A stretch of 4,133 bases of DNA from the IMG/VR virus record IMGVR_UViG_2606217110_000002. One strand, 5' to 3'. Every line of letters begins with the position of its first letter. The first letter of the stretch is position 1. Below the pieces are notes generated by a model. That model was given only the letters and a program-made list of their open reading frames with translations, was not told the origin of the DNA and searched no databases. Source of the DNA: a virus. Lineage: Duplodnaviria > Heunggongvirae > Uroviricota > Caudoviricetes. Position numbers and translations under genes: made by a program. This document shows, piece after piece, positions 1 to 4,133 of the stretch.

Positions 1-155
1 TGCACCAGAAAATTAAGGCTGCGCAGGACCTGAAATGGGCCAATGAAGCCAGGGCTAAGCAGGCTGAAAATCTGTCCGCTCTGGAGCAGGATATCACCAA
101 TCTGGAAAAAGCAGCGGCATTAAGCATTGCCAGAATGATTACATACCCACGTTAA
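1..155 (+). CDS. 3' end of an upstream ORF, 5' truncated by the window edge; hypothetical protein, function unknown
   Basis: Frame 3 is open from the window start to TAA at 153-155, giving HQKIKAAQDLKWANEARAKQAENLSALEQDITNLEKAAALSIARMITYPR. It is on the same strand as, and 22 nt upstream of, the next well-supported ORF, which suggests an operon. The K/A/Q/E-rich heptad-like composition suggests a helical or coiled-coil tail. No family was recognised. Confidence 0.5.
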   Translation, partial: HQKIKAAQDLKWANEARAKQAENLSALEQDITNLEKAAALSIARMITYPR

Positions 156-177
156 TGGTTAACCAACGAGGCTAATA

Positions 178-585
178 ATGGAATTTAAAGATTTACCAAA
201 AGAAATCCAGATAATTGCTGCAACGACACTCGGTGATAGTCTGGTGAAAATTGACCCGGCATACACCAAAAAAGAAACCATCGATAATATGGTTCGTAAT
301 GTGCGCAATGCTTTTTCAGGGCTATATGGTTCTGATAATCAAAAACAGGAAAACGATATTGATGAACGGGTAATTTCTGTTTGCCTGAATGGTCATGTTA
401 TTTCAGCAATCAGAACAGAAACGGCAACTGTTTTTGATTATCTCTGCATGATTCAGAGTCTTGCTGATGTTCTGTTGAAATCAAAAGATTTAGAAAACGA
501 TGCAAATTTACAGGGGCGCACAATAGCACATCCATATGCACATACTTTAGACTCTGTGGATATCAAAGATCCCACAAATCTTTAA
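178..585 (+). CDS. hypothetical protein, 135 aa, AT-rich accessory gene of unknown function
   Basis: Complete ORF from ATG 178 to TAA 583-585. A Shine-Dalgarno GAGG at 168-171 lies 6 nt upstream of the ATG. A rough by-eye count over the first 60 nt gives about 35% GC, below the downstream exonuclease gene. No catalytic motif or known family was recognised. Confidence 0.8.
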   Translation: MEFKDLPKEIQIIAATTLGDSLVKIDPAYTKKETIDNMVRNVRNAFSGLYGSDNQKQENDIDERVISVCLNGHVISAIRTETATVFDYLCMIQSLADVLLKSKDLENDANLQGRTIAHPYAHTLDSVDIKDPTNL

Positions 586-796
586 TGAAATAGTTAACGC
601 GAATTGTACTTGCTCTTTCAGTTGCTTTCAGAATACGCGTTGAAACTGCTGGCGGTAATTTAGTATTCCATTTATTAAAATCATGCCCGGGAAAGTACTC
701 TTCGAAAATACTTTTAACTGCAGACTCGCCTATTGAAATGCTGCTTACCATGCGATTTTGATAAAGGCATTTAGCAATAAGAGTTGATTTTAACAT
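563..796 (-). CDS. possible small hypothetical protein, 77 aa, convergent with and overlapping the 3' end of ORF 178-585
   Basis: It is the only open frame across the AT-rich stretch 586-796, where every + strand frame has stops. The start is ATG (reverse complement of 794-796) and the stop is TGA (reverse complement of 563-565). Only a weak purine-rich stretch (AGAAGAG) precedes the ATG, so the start and the reality of the gene are uncertain. It overlaps ORF 178-585 by 23 bp tail-to-tail. Confidence 0.35.
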   Translation of the reverse strand: MLKSTLIAKCLYQNRMVSSISIGESAVKSIFEEYFPGHDFNKWNTKLPPAVSTRILKATERASTIRVNYFIKDLWDL

Positions 797-831
797 TCAC
801 TCTTCTGAGGGTTGGTAATTAAGGAGTTCTC

Positions 832-870
832 CACGGGTGAGGTGGAGTGCGTGCGCCGGACACGGGTGAG
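832..870 (+). repeat. 10-bp direct repeat CACGGGTGAG, two copies (832-841 and 861-870)
   Basis: Read directly from the sequence; the copies start 29 bp apart. The second copy forms most of the loop of the hairpin GCCGGA(855-860)/TCCGGC(873-878). Only two copies are present, so this is not an array. Confidence 0.85.
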
Positions 871-1136
871 CATCCGGCACTGACAGTTTACTGAAAGGAT
901 ATATCCCTGAAAAGTCAGGGCATAACACGAAAGCGTACGGCGAAGGCCTTCACCTATGAGGCTTGTCGTTAAATTTAATTCGACCGTACGCTTCCGGTTG
1001 TGGCAATCCGCGAAATGGCGCGGCGGTAAGTATGGCAGGGGGACTATTCTCCCTCCCCTGTGGAGCACCGGGTTGTCAGGTTGACCATACGCCTGAGTGA
1101 CAACCCCGCTGCAACAACCCATGTTGATTACCTTTT

Positions 1137-1180
1137 GGCGGGTATCCGTTTTGTTTTTCCCATGATACCCGCCCCTTTTA
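1137..1180 (+). terminator. putative intrinsic (Rho-independent) terminator, + strand
   Basis: A perfect 10-bp GC-rich stem, GGCGGGTATC (1137-1146) with GATACCCGCC (1164-1173), has a 17-nt loop and is followed by CCTTTTAAA. The T-tract is only 4 nt and the loop is large, so termination would be partial at best. On the - strand the stem is followed by AAAAGG, so it is not a terminator in that orientation. Confidence 0.45.
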
Positions 1181-1183
1181 AAG

Positions 1184-1345
1184 TGAATTTTGTGATGCGG
1201 TGAATGCGGCTCAGCGCACGCGGAACAGTTAAAAAGGCCAGTTGACTTCCGTATTGGTTCTTATGGGTGGGTTCTCTGTATCCGGCGTTAATGGTTTACT
1301 GGTTAACGTCACCTGGAGGCACCAGGCGCCGCATCACAAAATTCA
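1184..1345. repeat. perfect 17-bp inverted repeat (TGAATTTTGTGATGCGG 1184-1200 / CCGCATCACAAAATTCA 1329-1345) flanking a 128-bp segment
   Basis: Verified base by base: the reverse complement of 1184-1200 equals 1329-1345. Allowing G-U wobble it extends outward by up to two more pairs (G1183-T1346, A1182-T1347). The left arm begins 4 nt after the terminator-like T-tract; the right arm ends 5 nt before the GAGGA Shine-Dalgarno (1351-1355) of small ORF 1363-1551. Confidence 0.9.
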
Positions 1346-1362
1346 TTGTTGAGGACGAGATA

Positions 1363-1551
1363 ATGGAAACGTTATTACCAAACGTTAATACGTCTGAAGG
1401 TTGTTTTGAAATTGGTGTCACTATCAGTAACCCAGTATTTACTGAAGATGCCATTAACAAGAGAAAACAAGAACGGGAGCTATTAAATAAAATATGCATT
1501 GTTTCAATGCTGGCCCGTTTACGCCTGATGCAAAAAGGATGCTGGCAATGA
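1363..1551 (+). CDS. small hypothetical protein, 62 aa (prophage early-region small ORF)
   Basis: ATG at 1363 is preceded by GAGGA (1351-1355) with a 7-nt spacer. The track's longer version starting at 1267 has no RBS. The stop TGA 1549-1551 overlaps the next start in an ATGA arrangement. Protein: METLLPNVNTSEGCFEIGVTISNPVFTEDAINKRKQERELLNKICIVSMLARLRLMQKGCWQ. No family recognised. Confidence 0.6.
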   Translation: METLLPNVNTSEGCFEIGVTISNPVFTEDAINKRKQERELLNKICIVSMLARLRLMQKGCWQ

Positions 1552-1751
1552 ATACTACATTTGCACTTGTTCTGACGGTTTTTCTTGTTTCCGGTGAACC
1601 GGTTGACATGGTTACTGGCGTATACGGCTCAATGAAAGAATGCATGGTTGCCGCAGCGGAACAGAAAATTCCCGGTAACTGTTATCCGGTCGATAAAGTT
1701 ATTCACATGGATAATAACGAAATCCCGGCAGGACTTAAAACAGCACCGTAA
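1548..1751 (+). CDS. small hypothetical protein, 67 aa, with hydrophobic N-terminus (possible signal peptide or membrane anchor)
   Basis: ATG 1548-1550 overlaps the upstream stop (ATGA, translational coupling). AAGGA at 1535-1539 lies 8 nt upstream. The N-terminus MNTTFALVLTVFLVSG is hydrophobic and there are two Cys (KECM, GNCY). The stop is TAA 1749-1751. The track's start at 1494 is less likely because most of that extension lies inside the upstream ORF. Confidence 0.6.
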   Translation: MNTTFALVLTVFLVSGEPVDMVTGVYGSMKECMVAAAEQKIPGNCYPVDKVIHMDNNEIPAGLKTAP

Positions 1752-1831
1752 TTAATATCCGGTTTCATTTTTATATGCCAGCAATGGCAGGGATTTGTTC
1801 ACCCTTAAATCTGTAATGAGGTTAAAACAAC

Positions 1832-4133
1832 ATGAGTAAAGTCTTTATTTGCGCCGCCATTCCGGACGAACAGGCAATAAAGGAAGAAGGTGCAGTCGCT
1901 GTAGCCACTGCCATTGAAGCCGGCGACGAACGTCGCGCCCGTGCCAAATTTACCTGGCAATTCCTGGAGCAATATCCGGCTGCTCAGGACTGCGCTTATA
2001 AATTTCTTGTTTGCGAGGATAAACCCGGTATACCCCGCCCTGCCCTCGATTCCTGGGATGCTGAATATATGCAGGAAAACCGCTGGGATGAGGAGTCAGC
2101 TTCCTTTGTCCCGGTTGAGACTGAATCAGATCCGATGAACGTCACTTTTGACAAGCTGGCCCCTGAAGTGCAGAACGCTGTCATGGTTAAGTTCGACACA
2201 TGTGAAAACATCACCGTTGATATGGTGATTAGTGCACAGGAACTGTTGCAGGAAGACATGGCAACATTCGACGGACATATCGTTGAAGCGTTGATGAAAA
2301 TGCCAGAAGTTAACGCCATGTATCCGGAACTTAAGTTGCATGCCATCGGGTGGGTTAAGCATAAATGTAAGCCTGGAGCTAAATGGCCCGAAATTCAGGC
2401 AGAGATGCGCATCTGGAAAAAACGTCGCGAAGGTGAACGCAAGGAAACCGGAAAATACACGTCTGCTGTTGATCTCGCCCGCGCCAGAGCCAATCAACAG
2501 AACACTGAAAGTTCAACAGGAAAAATCAGCCCGGTCATTGCTGCCACTCATCGCGAATACAAGCAGACATGGAAAACACTGGATGACGAACTGGCCTACG
2601 CTCTCTGGCCTGGTGATGTGGATGCCGGAAACATTGACGGCAGCATCCATCGCTGGGCAAAAAATGAAGTTATCGACAACGACCGCGAAGACTGGAAGCG
2701 TATCTCGGCATCAATGCGCAAACAGCCTGATGCCCTTCGCTACGACCGCCAGACTATTTTTGGCCTTGTCCGTGAACGTCCGATCGACATTCACAAAGAT
2801 CCTGTGGCACTGAACAAATACATTACTGAATACCTGACTACAAAGGGCGTGTTTGAAGATGAAGGAAGAAATCAGAGCGCAACTGATACTCTCTCGTCGC
2901 CAGTACCAGAAACTGATGCAGTGGAAACGGCAATTCCGGACAACGAAAAAACCGAATGCAAAGTGGAAGTCGAACCATCTGTAGAGCGTGAAGGGCCGTT
3001 CTACTTCCTCTTCACCGACAAGGATGGCGAAAAATACGGTCGCGCAAACAAACTTTCTGGTCTGGATAAGGCGCTGGCTGCCGGGGCTACTGAAATCACG
3101 AAAGAAGAATATTTCGCCCGCAAAAACAGTACATACTCAGGTTCACAACAAAATACTGGTGCATCTGACACGACCGCACAGCCAGAACCGGTAAAAGTTA
3201 CCGCTGACGAAGTAAACAAAATTATGCAGGCAGCCAATATCAGCCAGCCTGATGCCGATAAGTTGCTTGCTGCATCACGTGGTGAATTTATTGAAGGGAT
3301 TAGCGACCCGAATGATCCGAAATGGGTTAAGGGGATCCAGACCCGCGATACTGTGAACCAGAACCAGCAAGAAACGGAACAGAACGACCAGAAAGCGGAA
3401 CAAAACAGCCCAAATACGCAACAAAACGAGCCAGAAACGAAACAACCTGAACCAGTAGTGCAACAGGAACCGGAAAAAATCTGCACCGCCTGCGGTCAGA
3501 GCGGTGGTGGCAACTGCCCTGATTGTGGTGCGGTGATGGGCGACGCAACATACCAGGAAACATTCGATGACAAGAACCAGGTTGAAGTTCAGGAAGACGA
3601 TTCGGAGAAAATGGAAGGCGCTGAACATCCACACAAGGAGAATGCTGGCAGCGCTCAGGATCACGCCAGCGATAGTGAAACTGGCGAGACGGCAGATCCC
3701 TTAATTACGGTGAACGGTCATCGCGTTATCACATCCACCAGCAGGACGTGTGACCATCTAATGATCGACCTTGAAACCATGGGAAAAAATCCCGATGCCC
3801 CGATCATCTCAATAGGTGCAATATTTTTCGATCCACAAACCGGAGATATGGGACCGGAATTTAGTAAGACTATCGATCTGGAAACTGCTGGCGGAGTCAT
3901 TGATCGGGACACCATTAAATGGTGGCTTAAGCAATCACGCGAAGCGCAATCTGCCATTATGACCGATGAAATCCCGTTAGATGATGCACTGTTACAATTG
4001 CGGGAATTTATCGACGAAAACTCCGGCGAATTTTTTGTTCAGGTCTGGGGAAATGGAGCCAACTTCGACAACACGATTTTGCGCCGTTCATACGAACGGC
4101 AGGGGATCCCCTGCCCGTGGCGTTACTACAACG
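1832..4133 (+). CDS. large prophage exonuclease, RecE-like / exodeoxyribonuclease VIII-type, with C-terminal DEDD-type 3'-5' exonuclease domain; 5' complete, 3' truncated by the window end
   Basis: ATG at 1832 follows an in-frame TAA (1823-1825) and a GAGG at 1818-1821. Frame 2 translates without a stop to the window end, at least 767 codons; I translated the N-terminal ~117 codons and the zinc-ribbon/DEDD regions codon by codon and the rest less rigorously. It is missing from the supplied track only because it has no stop in the window. The protein starts MSKVFICAAIPDEQAIKEEGAVAVATAIEAGDERRARAKF and contains DKLLAASRGEFIEGISDPNDPKWVKGIQTRD, which I recall (unverified) as conserved in RecE-family proteins. 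All alternative-frame and antisense ORFs in this span are taken as spurious. Confidence 0.9.
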   Translation, partial: MSKVFICAAIPDEQAIKEEGAVAVATAIEAGDERRARAKFTWQFLEQYPAAQDCAYKFLVCEDKPGIPRPALDSWDAEYMQENRWDEESASFVPVETESDPMNVTFDKLAPEVQNAVMVKFDTCENITVDMVISAQELLQEDMATFDGHIVEALMKMPEVNAMYPELKLHAIGWVKHKCKPGAKWPEIQAEMRIWKKRREGERKETGKYTSAVDLARARANQQNTESSTGKISPVIAATHREYKQTWKTLDDELAYALWPGDVDAGNIDGSIHRWAKNEVIDNDREDWKRISASMRKQPDALRYDRQTIFGLVRERPIDIHKDPVALNKYITEYLTTKGVFEDEGRNQSATDTLSSPVPETDAVETAIPDNEKTECKVEVEPSVEREGPFYFLFTDKDGEKYGRANKLSGLDKALAAGATEITKEEYFARKNSTYSGSQQNTGASDTTAQPEPVKVTADEVNKIMQAANISQPDADKLLAASRGEFIEGISDPNDPKWVKGIQTRDTVNQNQQETEQNDQKAEQNSPNTQQNEPETKQPEPVVQQEPEKICTACGQSGGGNCPDCGAVMGDATYQETFDDKNQVEVQEDDSEKMEGAEHPHKENAGSAQDHASDSETGETADPLITVNGHRVITSTSRTCDHLMIDLETMGKNPDAPIISIGAIFFDPQTGDMGPEFSKTIDLETAGGVIDRDTIKWWLKQSREAQSAIMTDEIPLDDALLQLREFIDENSGEFFVQVWGNGANFDNTILRRSYERQGIPCPWRYYN
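3350..3478 (+). other. low-complexity Q/N/E/T-rich linker inside the exonuclease CDS
   Basis: Translation TVNQNQQETEQNDQKAEQNSPNTQQNEPETKQPEPVVQQEPEK. The DNA is T-poor with reiterated gaacca/gaaacg-type units. It probably forms a flexible interdomain linker. Confidence 0.7.
3482..3526 (+). other. CxxC-x7-CxxC motif (putative C4 zinc ribbon) inside the exonuclease CDS
   Basis: Cys codons at 3482, 3491, 3515 and 3524 give ICTACGQSGGGNCPDCGAV. The spacing is typical of a small zinc-ribbon knuckle. Confidence 0.55.
3761..4133 (+). other. DEDD(h)-type 3'-5' exonuclease domain, N-terminal part (continues beyond the window)
   Basis: The motif MIDLETMGKNPDAPIISIGAIFFDP has an acidic D-x-E pair (D 3767-3769, E 3773-3775) at the start of a hydrophobic strand, the classic Exo I motif of DnaQ-like exonucleases. 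The downstream WGNGANFDNTIL resembles the Exo II region. Confidence 0.75.

Larger units (their letters stand above)
797..1183. ncRNA. candidate structured non-coding region (possible prophage sRNA or structured leader); strand and exact ends undetermined
   Basis: About 390 bp with no credible ORF on either strand; the 110-aa - strand ORF 790-1122 in the track has no RBS and a Cys/Arg/Pro/Gly-rich junk-like translation. The first 60 nt are roughly 57% GC by eye. Perfect stems: AAGCGTACGG 931-940 pairs with CCGTACGCTT 984-993; GGGTTGTCA 1070-1078 pairs with TGACAACCC 1098-1106; GGCGGGTATC 1137-1146 pairs with GATACCCGCC 1164-1173. Shorter stems lie at 855-878, 905-920 and 1036-1060. The block ends in a terminator-like hairpin on the + strand. 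Confidence 0.3.

Noticed and set aside
832-870. CRISPR array or type III toxin-antitoxin RNA repeat array
   Set aside because: Only two copies of the 10-bp repeat are present, there is no regular repeat-spacer periodicity, and there is no adjacent cas or ToxN-like gene.
853-880. REP/BIME-type extragenic palindrome
   Set aside because: GCCGGA...CATCCGGC resembles part of the E. coli REP consensus as I recall it, but the rest of the consensus is absent and there is a single copy. I treat it as an ordinary hairpin.
905-920. Genuine nutL boxB site
   Set aside because: Loop and stem differ from known boxB sequences, no boxA-like element or arginine-rich N-like ORF is adjacent, and the location is distal to where nutL is expected. 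I kept it only as a weak structural resemblance.
897-951. Perfect 10-bp palindromes GGATATATCC (897-906) and GAAGGCCTTC (942-951) as operator sites
   Set aside because: A rough estimate suggests a few perfect 10-bp palindromes are expected by chance in a window this size, so they are not significant on their own.
790-1122. 110-aa ORF on the - strand from the six-frame track
   Set aside because: It has no ribosome-binding site, a Cys/Arg/Pro/Gly-rich translation that does not look protein-like, and it runs straight through the GC-rich hairpin cluster. A frame that stays open in GC-rich non-coding DNA is expected by chance.
797-1260. Retron msr/msd ncRNA
   Set aside because: Hairpin-rich non-coding DNA next to phage genes suggested a retron, but no reverse-transcriptase ORF (no YxDD-containing frame) is adjacent on either side.
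1184-1345. Insertion sequence with transposase
   Set aside because: The 162-bp element is far too small to encode a transposase and no transposase-like ORF is in the window. Only the non-autonomous (MITE-like) possibility remains, and that is covered in the findings.
1267-1551. Longer 94-aa version of the first small ORF, starting at ATG 1267
   Set aside because: No Shine-Dalgarno precedes 1267 and the extension overlaps the inverted-repeat interior. The internal ATG at 1363 has a good GAGGA at 7-nt spacing, so the 62-aa version is preferred.
1296-1645. Two - strand ORFs (1296-1499 and 1454-1645) antisense to the small-ORF pair
   Set aside because: They are antisense shadows of better-supported + strand genes, have no RBS, and give hydrophobic low-complexity translations.
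1494-1751. Longer 85-aa version of the second small ORF, starting at ATG 1494
   Set aside because: Most of the extension lies inside the upstream ORF. The ATG at 1548 has its own AAGGA 8 nt upstream and forms an ATGA coupling overlap with the upstream stop.
1914-3957. Nine track ORFs inside the exonuclease gene: three in + frame 3 (1914-2138, 2340-2813, 2988-3194) and six on the - strand (1996-2346, 2126-2497, 3001-3486, 3275-3664, 3327-3632, 3718-3957)
   Set aside because: All lie within the single long frame-2 ORF, which has a proper start context and recognisable exonuclease and zinc-ribbon motifs. The alternative-frame translations are Ser/Cys/Phe/Arg-rich and junk-like.

Overview
This 4.1 kb window reads like the early (recombination/accessory) region of an enterobacterial lambdoid or Rac-like prophage; that assignment is inference from gene content, and nothing here was searched against a database. 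All credible coding on the + strand runs in one direction: a 5'-truncated ORF tail (1-155), an AT-rich 135-aa ORF (178-585), two translationally coupled small ORFs (1363-1551 and 1548-1751), and the first 2.3 kb of a large exonuclease gene (1832 to the window end). The supplied ORF track omits the exonuclease gene because it has no stop inside the window; it shows a RecE-like internal motif, a Q/N/E-rich linker, a C4 zinc ribbon and a C-terminal DEDD-type 3'-5' exonuclease domain. The part most worth a second look is 797-1345, which has no credible ORF on either strand. It contains several perfect 9-10 bp stems, a terminator-like hairpin, and a perfect 17-bp inverted repeat bracketing a 128-bp segment that ends 5 nt before the ribosome-binding site of the small-ORF pair. 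A possible convergent 77-aa ORF on the - strand (563-796) overlaps the 3' end of the 135-aa ORF. I could not assign a function to any of the small proteins, and I see no rRNA, tRNA, CRISPR array, transposase or integrase in the window.
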